Below are positions 26,601 to 40,630 of a stretch of 64,000 bases of DNA, piece by piece; within the stretch, counting starts at the first letter, position 1; every line of letters begins with the position of its first letter. Under the pieces are notes generated by a model that saw nothing but the letters and a program-made list of their open reading frames with translations, did not search any database and was not told where the DNA came from. The translations under genes were made by a program, and so were the position numbers. Origin of the DNA: Pecten maximus (taxonomy: Eukaryota); the NCBI RefSeq assembly GCF_902652985.1, contig NC_047015.1:16678001-16742000 (forward strand), given 5' to 3'.

Positions 26601-29600
26601 CAATGTGCACTTGTCTTAAACCAAGATATTCTGCCCACAGTGTAAAGTAACTTTACCTTTAAATTACACATTTGTTTCAGGATCCTTTCTGCCAACTCAG
26701 TTAAGTTTAATCGCACTGAGCTAATATCTTGTTTGGTAAATGTATGGATTGTCAGCATACCTTATACAGAAGGCGAGGAGAAGGATATTCAGCTAGAACT
26801 GCATCTGCTATGTCTGGACTGATATTCTTAAACTGGAGGAGCTGTTGTTTCCAGACTTTGAGAAGACCATGACCAGACTTGTCTACTCTGACACCAGTTG
26901 TTCCATCCTCATGAAAGGAGAATACACTCTCCAGTCTGTCCTTCCTACAACAGTTATAAGCAGTACTGATCATCAACTTACTTAAATGGTATGACATGTA
27001 TATTCAAAGTCATTTCATCTATCATTCTCTCTCTTACTCCCTTTTCCGTAACCTAATATATATGTGTATTATAAGGCCTTGAAGGGCCAATGGAGGCAGG
27101 GACCATGTAATTCACAATTTTGGTTCTTATGTCATAGAAGCTTCCTTCAAAATTTCATCAAAATACGAGGGCTGATAAGTTGTGAGCCTCGTATTGAAGG
27201 AGGTACTCTAGGATGTTCTTTTTAAGTCCTACTATTTTTTGACTATATAGGGCCATGTACCCAGGAATTGGTCTCATTTGGTTTGTTTATATCAACGAGG
27301 TAGCACTCTAAAGTAAACAAGACAAGCGATTTTTGCAAAATGGACAATATTGTTTAGGGCTTGGGTGAAATAGTATGTCATTGCCACTCCTGCCATTCAC
27401 GATCGTGGCTTTAAATTGATTGAACATCCTCCTTATTCACCTGATCTCGCTGCATCAGACTTCCATCTATTTCAAAAACTGAAAACAGCTATTCCTGGCA
27501 CTCTAACCCTAAACCTAACATGCAGTGAATGACTTTCTGAACAGCCAAGAAAATGAGTCTTATAAAAGTGGCATTGAGACCCTTAAAAACCACTGGAAAA
27601 TGTGTGTAGATACTGAAGGGGTTTATGTCGAAAAAAAATGAAATATGTCCGGCAACATTCAAATCCTTCAATATGAGATTCACAACTATCAATCAGCCCT
27701 CATAGATTCAGGGGTCTTGAAGGGAATGTCAAAAATATGGAAAAGTTCAAGGAGGGCACACAATGGATGGCACCTGGTGAAGGGCTAACCATGATAGCAA
27801 TTGGTCATCCTGTCTTACAGGTCAGGTGACTTAAAAAGTTTTATTTAATCATAGGAGGAATATACTGTACATTCATGGATGCTAACCACAACAGCTTACT
27901 TCGCAGGTTTTTCAGCAACAGCCTTGGTGAATGTTTTTACCATGTCTGCAAACTCTTCATTGGTTTCAATCAGGTGTACCATGGTTCCTGTCTGCAGCTG
28001 GGTTTCAATGATTGCCTGGAAGATCAAACACTTTCATAAGGTTCTAAACTAGAATGATGTCAGTGTGACATTAAAGCCCCTCACCAAAGACAGAAGTTTG
28101 TGGGGTATAATTCAGTCTATTTCCTATAGGACTCGCACAACTAAATATTTAAGTATGTATCTATGTATAAACTGTATGCTATACTATGCAAAATTAAGAA
28201 AATATATAAAACAGTCCAAATAAAATTATTTATCAAATATATATATTTTTTTTAAATCTTTTATCAGCAAAATTTATAACAATCTATAATTACATGTAAA
28301 AGAAAACATCTATTGTATTGCAGTAAGATTTTGTATTATTTTCCATTTCTTTCTTATTTTTTGTTGATTCCTGAATTCTAGATTCGAATTCCCCTCCGAC
28401 CATAAGTCACACCAGTCACAATTTCTAAACAAATTTTACCTTTATCTAATGAGAGCATTTAGGCAAGGATTACAGTGATTAAGTTCTTTCTATCTTTATT
28501 TCAAATTTCAGATGCAGTTTCTATTAGTTTCATCAAATTAAAAATCTTGAAAAGCATTTGTAAAAAATTCTTTCTATAATCACAGATGAGCGTCGGAGAT
28601 TCTACTTTCTAAACTATACAGTGTAAGTATGCAGGCACTTAAACTTTGTGTGGCATTTATTTTTGTTTTAATACACGAGGAACGTCAATCATGAATTTAA
28701 ATCCTTCATGATTATTTGTATGAAAACACCTTAATATAAATATTAAAAATAGCAAGTCTTGCAGAGACCATGACTCTAATAGCTCATCATTCGAAAATTT
28801 AAATTCATTTCTAGATCAGTGTTCACGAAGTTATGTATGCGTGAATATGTCTGGAAAAGTAAGTATTTGTGAAATCTAAGTGATTTACAGTATGCGCACT
28901 CACCATGAACGGAAGTGTGTCTGTCATTTACTTCTCTGGACAGAATCAATTTGCTGCTCGACTCCCGCCATGAGCGACATAAAGATATGTTGAGCTAAGC
29001 ATTAATAATCAACCTCTTTTGGGGTTTATTTTAAATTATGGGATGGCATATTGAGTTTTACCTACCTCCTCAACATCCATTCTAGACACCACAGTAGTTG
29101 TCTCCCCTGTCTTCGTTTTCTTCGGTCGGGAGGGTTCTCTCTGCTCCATAGAGCGCACTGCCTCCTTGTGTTTCCTCTGTATGGCTGTTTTCTGATCCCT
29201 GATTTACAAGAATAAAAAATCTAAAGACATAGTTTCTGAATGTAACTATATCATTAATTTTAATGATGATGTAAACAAAAAAAATGTTTATCACTTTATA
29301 ACAGGTGTACACCAAAGGACCAGCTTGTAAGTTATTTTCCCCGTGGCCTCTGGTCATTCTTAAACTTTTATCCCAGTAATATCATACACCTGAACTTTCT
29401 GGTTGTTCAGAGAGGTAATTACCAAGTGTATTTTCAAACTTGTGAACATTGACCCAAATTACAAACTGGCATGATAAGATGTCACTGGTTCCACTTGAAA
29501 ATGTACACAAACAGCCAGGGTCATATGAGGACAAGTGTCAAGGACATACCAACAGCCAGGGTCATATGAGGACAAGTGTCAAGGACATACCAACAGCCAG

Positions 29601-32600
29601 GGTCATATGAGGACAAGTGTCAAGGACATACCAACAGCCAGGGTCATATGAGGACAGGTGTCAAGGAGACACGAACAGCCAGGGTCATATGAGGATAGGT
29701 GTCAAGGAGACACTAATAGTCAGGGTTGTATGAGGACAGGATGTGTCAAGGACATACCAACAGCCAGGGTCATATGAGGACAGGTGTCAAGGAGACACTA
29801 ACAGTCAGGGTTGTATGAGGACAGGATGTGTCAAGGACATACCAACAGCCAGGCTCATATGAGGACAGGTGTCAAGGACATACCAACAGCCAGGGTCATA
29901 TGAGGACAGTATGTGTCAAGGAGACACTAACAGCCAGGGTCATATGAGGACAGGATGTGTCAAGGAGACACTTACAGCCAGGGTCATATGAGGACAGGTG
30001 TCAAGGACATACCAAAAGCCGGGGTCATATAAGGACAGCTGTCAAGGAGACACTTACAGCCATGGTCATATGAGGACAGGTGTCAAGGACATACCAACAG
30101 CCAGGGTCATATAAGAACAGGATGTGTCAAAGAGACAGTAAAAGCCAGGGTCATATGAGGACAGGTGTCAAGGAGACACCTATAGAGGAAAACAAAGCAC
30201 AGAAAGACAAAGCAGTGAGGAAAGAAAGGAAATATTAAAGAGCTGCAATGGATGCAAAAGATCTACTTTGGTCTCTTCAGTGTCCCCTAGATACGTGTAG
30301 AAGGCATGGAAGAATATCCACAAATCTTAAGGGGGCCTATTGTGGTATGTATTATTAGTGTTTATGATTCAAGATCTCAAGAAAGGATGTCTATGTGTGA
30401 AAACAAACTTACCATGTCATTGCTTTGTTCCTTTATCTCGTCCTGTATAGCAGAGGACTGTAACATGTCTATATGAAAACAAACTTACCATGTCATTGCT
30501 TTGTTCCTCTATCTCGTTGTCCTGTATAGCAGAGGACTGTAACATGTCTATATGAAAACAAACTTACCATGTCATTGCTTTGTTCCTCTATCTCGTTGTC
30601 CTGTATATCAGAGGACTGTAACATGTCTATATGAAAACAAACTTACCATGTCATTGCTTTGTTCCTCTATCTCGTCCTGTATAGCAGAGGACTGTAACAT
30701 GTCTATATGAAAACAAACTTACCATGTCATTGCTTTGTTCCTCTATCTCGTTGTCCTGTATATCAGAGGACTGTAACATGTCTATATGAAAACAAACTTA
30801 CCATGTCATTGCTTTGTTCCTCTATATCGTTGTCCTGTATATCAGAGGACTGTAACATGTCTATATGAAAACAAACTTACCATGTCATTGCTTTGTTCCT
30901 CTATATCGTTGTCCTGTCAAACAGGGGACAGTACATAGCAAGTTAAGTTGCTTTATCTTCTGCAGAACTAAATTTAATGTGAGTAAAAATGATTTTATAT
31001 GAGACTGAGCAAAGACACAATCCCTTGGATACCACTCTGATAGATAAACCTGTACCTGAAATATTTCTCCATCCCTAGGACAACTGCAGTTATATTCTTC
31101 TCTTGATAATGCTGTTGTAAGGTATGTATGTATTGCTTCAGAGTTGTCTGCCCTCGGTCTTCTTCCATCTGTACCTGATAAAAAACTTACTGGTTTTAAT
31201 ACTGATGCAACTTGTTTTTGAGTTCAACATACTTATGCCTTTCATTTCAAGTTTTTTTTTTGTATTTTACATAATATTCAAATAAAGGAACATTAACACA
31301 ACAATATCCATTAACACCCCCATTAACAGAACTGGAATTTAAGTTAAAAACATATTTTTTAAAATGACAGGGATATTGGTCATCTTGTTTTCTGACAGAA
31401 CTCAAAAATACCAAAGCCAACATACTGCAAATGCCATGAAATATTCAAATCATTTCAATGATATTTGAATGGAAATGAAATTGTATATTATATACATGTA
31501 GCACACAACATACAATGGCAACTTATAAAGGCATGTCACAATACTGTTACAAACCCAAAAGAGACAGCCTGACCAAAATACACACAGAATATTTCACATC
31601 ATACAAAACTTTGCACTCAATATATTGATGTTCAGTCAAACATGAAATATATGTGATATTCATTGGAAAACCACTGAATATCCTCTTCATATCCTAGTGA
31701 AAGAAAAAACCAACAAGGTTTGTAAATTAAGGTACCTGTTTGAAATTTTCCACAAAGTGGACAAAGTCTGATGTAGGTATAAGGGTAAGAACATTATCTT
31801 CCACCATCTGTCTTGTCCATGTATTCACCTGTCAGGAAATAATCACATGTATTGTTTTAAAGAAAGAAGACATTTTAAAGATTTTAGCATTTTTGAGCCT
31901 GGTGGCTATGAATGAAGGTCAAGGTCATGCTCATTCATTTAAACAATCTTCATAGCCCTTAACCCCAGTATACTATAGGTCCAATATCAGGTCTCTGGGT
32001 ATCTTGGTCCAAATTTGGAAGTAATCCACCAAAGGGTTAAGGAGGAGTAGTGTTTTGAAATAAAAAGTCTTACGCACGGCGGATGGCGCACAATGACGGA
32101 AGGAACACGATGGCTATAGGTCATCCTGACCCTTTGGGTCAGATGACATAAAAATGACACCTGTGACTTTAAATGAAGGTCAAGGTCAATCATTTGAACA
32201 CGTTTGATAGCCCTTCATCCCAGCATGCTAAACACCAAATATCAGGTCTCTAGGCAAATGTAAATTGTTTATGAACAGATGATGAATGACAATGGATAAA
32301 AGGCGATTAGACTTTGTACATGTAGGTGAACTAAAAACACCCCTGACTGCTTCAAACAATCTCTTTGATAATAAAAATTAAAAAAAAACAAAAAAGATTA
32401 AAGTCAATGTCACAATGATCCAATGATAAAGAACTGCACATTGTCAGGGGGAGATTAAGGTATAAATCAATTTCCATTAAATATCTCTGGTTTAAAGATT
32501 ATTGTCAGGTGATGCAAGTATAGTATGAGAATATTTAAATGCAAACTTATTAAAAAGTTTATTTTCCATGTCAGTGTAAGTCCTACAAGTAAGGAGGATA

Positions 32601-35600
32601 TCCTCCCATCAGAATGTTAGTGTAGGACCTACAAGTAACCAGGATATCCTCCCATCAGAATGTCAGTGTAGGACCTACAAGTAACCAGGATATCCTCCCA
32701 TCAGAATGTCAGCGTAGGACCTACAAGTAACCAGGATATCCTCCCATCAGAATGTCAGCGTAGGACCTACAAGTAACCAGGATATCCTCCCATCTAAATG
32801 TTAGTGTAGGACCTACAAGTAACCAGGATATCCTCCCATCAGAATGTTAGTGTAGGACCTACAAGTAACCAGGATATCCTCCCATCAGAATGTTAGTGTA
32901 GGACCTACAAGTAACCAGGATATCCTCCCATCAGAATGTCAGTGTAGGACCTACAAGTAACCAGGATATCCTCCCATCAGAATGTTAGTGTAGGACCTAC
33001 AAGTAACCAGGATATCCTCCCATCAGAATGTTTGTGTAGGACCTTCAAGTAACCAGGATATCCTCCCATCAGAATGTTTGTGTAGGACCTACAAGTAACC
33101 AGGACATCCTCCCATCAGAATGTCAGTGTAGGACCTACAAGTAACCAGGATATCCTCCCATCAGAATGTTAGTGTAGGACCTACAAGTAACCAGGATATC
33201 CTCCCATCAGAATGTTAGTGTAGGACCTACAAGTAACCAGGATATCCTCCCCTCAGAATGTTAGTGTAGGACCTTCAAGTAACCAGGATATCCTCCCATC
33301 AGAATGTTACTGTAGGACCTACAAGTAACCAGGATATCCTCCCATCAGAATGTTTGTGTAGGACCTACAAGTAACCAGGATATCCTTCCATCAGAATGTT
33401 TGTGTAGGACCTACAAGTAACCAGGATATCCTCCCCTCAGAATGTTAGTGTAGGACCTTCAAGTAACCAGGATATCCTCCCATCAGAATGTTAGTGTAGG
33501 ACCTACAAGTAACCAGGATATCCTCCCATCAGAATGGTAGAGTAGGACCTACAAAAAACCAGGATATCCTTCCATCAGAATGTTAGGACCTACAAGTTAC
33601 CAAGGTAACGTCCCATCAGAATGTTAGTGTAGGACCTTCAAGTAATTATCTTACTTTTCCTTCGGTAATCTCACACTCTGTGACAGTCCTTTGCCAGGTA
33701 ATGGTGAAGGGAGTGATTTGGGGCTCAGCCACACATTGTACTCCAAGGGACTCACAGCTTTTAAAGATGCTCGCACCAAGGCCAAGGTCATTGACGAGAT
33801 GAGTGTCCAGGACAACCTTCATAAACTAGAGGTACACACAAACCAAATTTATATTTTTCAAATGCATACTTCAAAATAAAATACATTTACCAAGATTTTT
33901 AACACTTAAAAAAAGACTTTCCACTCAAGACATACTAATATCAAATCCAATTATTGTTCACATAGCTAGGGCATTAAGTCCAAGATTTTAATTCAAACTA
34001 AACTATAATGGCCAAGTAAGGTCAATTAATTAAAACTAACTGTGAAATAACAATACAGATGTACTTTTCAATAAAAATGTATGTTGTTCATGGCCTCATG
34101 TACAAATCCACTTTTGTGTTCTTAATCATCATCATCATGATCAGTTTACACATGAACAATTATGTGCTTTTTCAGAATTAAAACAAGGCACCGACTGCTG
34201 ACAACAAAAATCTTATCAGGAACTAATTTGAAATATGACAAGAGCATATAAAAATTCATGAGAAACAGATTTAAATAAAGTTTGGAGCGGACATCAAAGT
34301 TCTACTTATAGTAATTACAGATACCTGTGACACTCGGCTCTGACCCCATGTGGCATACTCATACAAAAGAGCAATATTATGACAATTTGATTAAAAAGAT
34401 TGCTGGGTTATATAAGTATGGGAGATCCTCGGCCTATATATCCTCTTGACAAATTATCCTTGTCCTAGAAGGGCTGGGGGGACTATACTGCTGTATATGT
34501 AGCACCCCTCCTCTTGTTGTAGGTCACATCACAAAATATACCCATTAAAACATAATATCCATTAGATAATTAAAGTGAGATTGATTGTGTTCAGCCCATC
34601 TAATAACATTGAATAAACAGTAAGTCAGAAAATAATTAACAAAGAAAGTGATTTATCACTCACACTGAGACAGTCCTTCAGCAGACCATACTGTTTTTTT
34701 CTGTCTCTCTCTATATTTCTCATTAGTGCTGCTCTCTCCTTCTCTACCTGTTTCTCCTCTTTTGATTTCTGTCTTTCTAACTTCTGTTTTTCCTTAGCAT
34801 CTCGTTTCATCTGTAATGTATTACAAGTACAATCTATGTACTATAGTATTATATATTACTCATGGTAAATAATCCATTGTCAAAGTCAACTAGTGTACAC
34901 GGAAGTATTATTGAGTAAATGTACATTTTTTTTGTTTTTGCTTTGTTTTTGATTTTGAAATATTCTTTTTATTCCAAGATTTTTCAGCAATATGGTACAG
35001 TTACTGTCATTTAGTTCTAGCTATATAGGCTATACATTCCTCCATCACATGACTCATATATATTCTTACTTATGTCAGTTGATATATTTGATGCCAGTAC
35101 ATGCAATGGCACATGTAATATGCATTGAGGAGGACAGAGAGAAAATGACAAAGGGAGAACGTTCCCAGAGAAATGACTTTAGAGGGAAGAGAAAAAAGGT
35201 AAGTCCAGTATTTGCACTTAAAAAATTAGTGACAAGAACAAAATTGCACTTAAAAATAAGAGATAAGAACAACTCTTTAAGTAAGATGCTTTCGGCTTTA
35301 AACTGCAAGTAAATAAAGCCATATACACATATATACTTTTGTTATCAAGTTTTATAATTATTGCTTGGAATAGAGGGACATTACTGATGATCAGGACAAA
35401 ATATATTAATATCATAAAATGGATTATGATTATGATTATAATAGACAACTATTTCAACCGAGATTCACAGAATAGGAGACAAAAAATACTGGAGACAATA
35501 TTCAGTTCAGGTATGGTAGAAGAGGCATATTGTAATATGTATGAATATCGGTGTATTTTACTAAACCAAATGAAAACTATGGCAGAAGTTGTATGATTTA

Positions 35601-38600
35601 ACTTTCAGCTTATATTTTCACAGATATACAGTTGTTTTAGTATGTGATGGAGAAAGATTACATGGAATATACACAATGGAATTTGATAGAGACATGTATA
35701 ACTTTATTAAAGTATTACATAGAAGCCTTAAGGAATGTAAAAAAAACAAATTAAGGAGTATCATTGAATAAACCAAGACGTAAGTTGTGTTATGCAGAAT
35801 ATTGTTTTGATTAATATATCTTCTGAGAACTGATTACAATATACATGTATATAGAAAAAAACTCAACAACATGTCTTTAAGGCTTTCGTGGCATCTTGGC
35901 ATATAACAGTAATACTGCAAAAAAATTGTCTTCATATATACTGTATTTGTTACTAAATTCATCATGTGTATAAAATGTATGTGTGAAGAAATCTTCTTTT
36001 ATCAAGTCTTTATAGTAATTCCACATCTGTAGCATTCTGGGTGAAACTTTATTATACCATAAAAACAATTTTACAAAGGTCCAGAGGGCCTGTATTGTTC
36101 ACCTGGATATTGCAGTGATCATGGCAAAACACTATACATTTCTACAGAAGAAGAATGATTTCAAAGAATTTCCTCTATTGTGACTCTGCTCATCAAGCCC
36201 ATGGGGCCCTTCCCTCAGCCCCCTGGGGGTCAGATTCTACAAAATTGTTTCCACTTCACCCAAGGATGCTTCAAACCAAATATGGACCAAATCAATTATG
36301 TCCATAATAACAGATAGTGATTCATGGTTTGGTTTAGTATTGTTTAATGTCCTATCAACAGGTAAGGTCATTTAAGAACGGCCTCCCCTGTGTGCGAGAT
36401 GGATGCGTGAGGTGTATGCATGTATAATTTGGGAGGCTGCCGTATATTAATGTTCATCTCTTTGTGATAGCTGAGAACTTATGCTTACATTATAGTGCTA
36501 CCTCACTGAAGCATGCTGCTCAAGACACCCAACAGAACACCCCACCTGGTCACATTATACTGACAATGTGCAAACCTGTCATATCATACCACTCCCAAAA
36601 TCTTGAGCACTAATTAGCAGGAGTAGCAACTTTTTAAAGACTCTGGTATGTTTCAGTCAGGGGAAATAACCCAAAACCTGCCTTACAGGGGAGACCACTC
36701 AACTAAAGACCAAAAGTGAGGCATTTAAAGATTTACTTCTATTACCACTATTGGGCAGAGTCACAATTTATGAAAATTAGTTCCCCTTCCCCAAAGGATG
36801 CTTCTGACCAAATATGGTCAAAATCCATTCAGTACATTATGGCCAGTAGTGGTTTAAAGAAAAAGTTGATGGACGACAAATATTTTCACTACTTTATTGG
36901 CAATTGACTCTGTCATGAAAATTTGATCTGTGAAATAATAAACACAGGTAAAACAGTATCTGTCATAAGGTGACACCCATCTCCAATGCAATCATCCGAA
37001 GTTATTTCAATGATTGGGATTGCATGAAACAATTCTTTTGTTTTAACATACGTATATGTATTTATACAGTTAAAGAGAAGACCAATATTGATTTGGCTTG
37101 CTTTTGGAGAAGCCTTTTATATTATCCAACTTCATTTTGAAGATTATGTGAATGACATTCAGCGCACCATCTTAAGACCTATAGCTATTTCCTTATCATT
37201 TCTAACAACCACGTCTCTCTTTATTTTATCAACTATATGTATACTATTCAAAAGAAATTCCTAAAGGATAAAATCAAGTTTATGTCAAATTTTTTTTCGC
37301 AAGGATTTGAAAAAGAAATTAAATTATTAAATTAGATTACCATTACTGGTTTTATCACACAATACTTTACCAATAGTTACAATAGAAGTACCTTCACATA
37401 TTTATAACATGTTACTTTACCAATAGTTACAATAGAAGTTCCTACATGTGTTTATAACACGTTACTTTACCAATAGTTACAATAGAATTTCCTACACGTA
37501 TTTATAACATGTTACTTTACCAATAGTTACAATAGAAGTTCCTACACGTATTTATAACATGTTACTATACCAATCGTTACAATAGAAGTACCTTCACATA
37601 TTTATAACATGTTACTTTACCAATAGTTACAATAGAAGTTCCTACATGTGTTTATAACACGTTACTTTACCAATAGTTACAATAGAAGTTCCTACACGTA
37701 TTTATAACATGTTACTATACCAATAGTTACAACAGAAGTTCCTACACATGTTTATAACACGTTACTTTACCAATAGTTACAATAGAAGTTCCTACATGTG
37801 GTTATATACACGTTACTTTACCAATAGTTATAATAGAAGTTCCTACACGTATTTATAACATGTTACTATACCAATCGTTACAATAGAAGTACCTTCACAT
37901 ATTTATAACACGTTACTTTACCAATAGTTACAATAGAAGTTCCTACATGTGTTTATAACACGTTACTTTACCAATAGTTACAATAGAAGTTCCTACACAT
38001 GTTTATAACACGTTACTTTACCAATAGTTACAATAGAAGTTCCTACATGTGTTTATAACACGTTACTTTACCAATAGTTACAATAGAAGTTCCTACACAT
38101 GTTTATAACATGTTACTTTACCAATAGTTACAATAGAAGTTCCTACATGTGTTTATAACATGTTACTTTACCAATAGTTACAATAGAAGTTCCTACACTT
38201 ATCTATAACATGTTACTTTACCAATAGTTACAATAGAAGTTCCTACATGTATTTATAACATGTTACTTTACCAATAGTTACAATAGAAGTTCCTACATGT
38301 GTTTATAACATGTTACTTTACCAATAGTTACAATAGTTACAATAGAAGTTCCTACATGTGTTTATAACATGTTACTTTACCAATAGTTACAATAGTTACA
38401 ATAGAAGTTCCTACACTTATCTATAACATGTTACTATACCAATAGTTACAATAGAAGTTCCTACACGTATTTATAACATGTTACTTTACCAATAGTTACA
38501 ATAGAAGTTCCTACACGTATTTATAACATGTTACTATACCAATAGTTACAATAGAAGTTCCTATATGTGTTTATAACATGTTACTTTACCAATAGTTACA

Positions 38601-39714
38601 ATAGTTCCTACATGTGTTTATAACACGTTACTTTACCAATAGTTACAATAGAAGTTCCTACATGTGTTTATAACATGTTACTTTACCAATAGTTACAATA
38701 GTTCCTACATGTGTTTATAACATGTTACTTTACCAATAGTTACAATAGAAGTTCCTACACTTATCTATAACACTTGTACAGTGGTATATTAAATACAAAC
38801 TGTAAATACTAAACTGCAAACGAAACATTTGTTGAATCAATTCAAAGGTTTTTAAATTATTATGCCATGTAATTGACAAAAAAATAACATAACTGAATGT
38901 GTCATCAATTCAAATGATTAAATCAATTAGAATTTATTAAATTTCAGAATATGGAAAATACTTTCTAAATTTCTTGATGAAAAACTCTTGAACAAAGAGT
39001 TCAGTACTTTTTGTGTTACAGAAAGCATGGTGACATGTGAGTATAACATACTGTTTTGGGAGCCAATATGTTTAAGTTGCTCTAACCAAACTCTGTTTTA
39101 TAACAGTCAACAATAAGTTCATCCCAACATACCTGTGCTTGTTTTTTCCTTTCCAGGATTTCCTCTGCAGTTCTTTTCCTTGAGTTTTGCTTACAGGTGA
39201 TGGCTGACAAAGAGGTCTGAGGTAGGGAAGGCTGTGTATATCTGGAAATCAAAGTTCCAGGTTCACCCTGATCACTAACAATGTGATCAGTAGAGTGAAC
39301 TGAAGGAGTACAAGGGGACATGGATGCCCTCCTGGTGAGGTTGGACAAAGGTTGATGCTCCAAATCATTGTCACTACTAGGGCTGTGGCATCTCACAACA
39401 CAACTGTCATTTGACTCATCACTTATAGCAACTGGACTATGGGCAAGATCACGCTTGGCTTTATATCCTACAATTTCAATATCTGATCCATCAGAAAAGT
39501 CATGAGCATTGTTAGTTGATTTTTTATTCTGGCAATTCAGAACCCGTTCTTTCAGTGGAATGTGCAAAGGCTTATGACTAACTTCATCCGAGTCAGAGCT
39601 ATCGGATAAACAGTGAATATGGCGAGCCGATCCAGCCACAATTTGTGGATCATCAAGATCTGGTAAGTCATCCATATCACTGTTGACATCAGTGTCACTC
39701 AAGTCACATTCCAT
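23603..39714 (-). CDS. EME1: Crossover junction endonuclease subunit EME1 (MUS81 partner), 10 coding exons, 570 aa
   Basis: Exons 39714-39133, 34810-34664, 33825-33655, 31828-31736, 31174-31056, 29198-29066, 28015-27900, 26944-26761, 24474-24418, 23713-23603 total 1713 nt in one frame. Acidic Ser-rich N-terminus, K/E coiled coil, inactive ERCC4-like core (GMEKYFR, SRMDVEEAII, FTKAVAEKP), and HhH tail (VWKQQLLQF..ISPDIA..YPSPRLL, VRRGTGV..TRRIGKEMSRRIY). Confidence 0.92.
25619..26344. mobile_element. Non-autonomous DNA transposon with TTAA-flanked imperfect TIRs (Kolobok/piggyBac-like)
   Basis: Left end TTAAAGCCACATTCTCC and right end GGAGTATGCGGCTTTAA are imperfect reverse complements. Confidence 0.45.
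27166..27702 (+). mobile_element. Internally deleted mariner element
   Basis: TA-flanked imperfect TIRs (CGAGGGCTGAT..AGTTGTGA and TCACAACT..ATCAGCCCTCA). A remnant near 27420-27480 translates to EHPPYSPDLAASDFHLF, the mariner YSPDLAPxD motif. Confidence 0.85.
29510..30340. repeat. 41-44-bp tandem array (about 16 copies) inside a dispersed element
   Basis: Unit CAACAGCCAGGGTCATATGAGGACAGGTGTCAAGGACATAC over 29510-30180. The downstream tail is homologous to 57515-57677. Confidence 0.85.
30389..30917 (-). repeat. 79-bp (76-bp variant) tandem array, 7 copies, each with an AG/GT-flanked 33- or 30-nt cassette
   Basis: Donor positions at about 30411, 30487, 30566, 30645, 30721, 30800 and 30879. 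Minus-strand unit is acag|GACAACGAGATAGAGGAACAAAGCAATGACATG|gtaagttt. Confidence 0.93.
31860..32337 (+). mobile_element. Degenerate fragments of the same Helitron-like core-repeat family as 19661-21060
   Basis: Shares AATGAAGGTCAAGGTCA, TAGCCCTTCATCCCAGCATGCTA and AATATCAGGTCTCT with the 19661 element. Confidence 0.6.
32569..33645. repeat. 46-bp minisatellite, about 23 copies, in EME1 intron directly after the 33655 donor
   Basis: Unit GTAGGACCTACAAGTAACCAGGATATCCTCCCATCAGAATGTTAGT; period 32622 to 32668. Confidence 0.95.
36325..36722 (-). mobile_element. Degenerate SINE-like element nested in a Helitron-like repeat
   Basis: Its end (GTTTAATGTCCTATCAACAG..GGTCATTTAAG) matches the tail of the 16440 SINE. 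It interrupts a core repeat of the 15109 family. Confidence 0.5.
37362..38773. repeat. 50-bp AT-rich minisatellite, about 28 copies, in EME1 intron
   Basis: Unit GTTACTTTACCAATAGTTACAATAGAAGTTCCTACATGTGTTTATAACA(C/T), with occasional internal 10-bp CAATAGTTA duplications. Confidence 0.95.
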
Positions 39715-40444
39715 CTCCTGTGTCTAATCAATTTATGTGTCCGTGTATTTGAGATGTTTCTCAATCATAGTAATTTCATTTTATATCAACTGTAGATTAT
39801 AAAAAAATATATGTAACATTGAATTCACTGCTTGATGGTTTAAGTATCATCCCTCTTGTTGTTTCTGCAAAATGAAAGAAATACTGATTGATTCAATATT
39901 TTACATGATGTGACTATATGGCATTATAGTCATTATAAGACAAAGCTTATATTATATTTTAGCCTTTGTCTCTGTCTTTATATATTCTAAGGACAGTTGT
40001 TCACAACATACAACTTGTACAGTCTCATTCAACTTAAGTATAATGGAAGTTTTATCTGGAGGTAATTCATACATGTAATTGTAGACTTGAAAGATATTCC
40101 AGGTAGATTTATGGGACCAAAAAGAAATAAAATTAAGAACACCAAAAGGCATAACAAATGTACCCCCTCCTATGCCAAAAAACAACATTAGTGTATCAAT
40201 TAAGAGACCATCATGAATACAAACATTTAAATGCAAGATTACTTGTCTAACCAAAATATGCTATTAGCAGAGTACAATTCCATGTAAAGGTAATAACTTT
40301 GGCAAAAATAGTCAAATAAAAAGCACCACTAGTATCATAAATTATTAGCCCACTAAAGAGATCTATCAAAACAGGGTAAGGAGATCTCTGTAAACTTTAT
40401 ATATATCTTACAACAATTGCAAAAGAAGTTACATCAACATATAT

Positions 40445-40630
40445 TAATCATGCTTGTTGGCCTAGATGGAAGCGCGCAAGGTGTCTTACTGTGTGAGGAA
40501 ATTAAACTGGTCAAGAGTACCTGGGGAAAACCCATGTGGTCAAGCAGGTGACCTTATACTTTTTCACGTCCGATTGGGGAATCAAATCCCTAGGTGAAAG
40601 GCAAGTGTGTGCCACCCAATGAGCCAGGTG
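40445..40630 (-). mobile_element. Degenerate tRNA-derived SINE
   Basis: GAGTACCTGGGGAAAACCCA motif shared with the 16440 SINE, plus a B-box-like GGGGAATCAAATCC. Confidence 0.5.

Noticed and set aside
34990-36070. Cluster of short ORFs in an EME1 intron, possibly an old L1/Tx1-like LINE end
   Set aside because: No motif I could recognise with confidence; AT-rich chance ORFs are equally plausible.
694-38773. Regular arrays resembling CRISPR loci
   Set aside because: Units are head-to-tail with no unique spacers, there are no cas genes, and the context is eukaryotic spliced genes.
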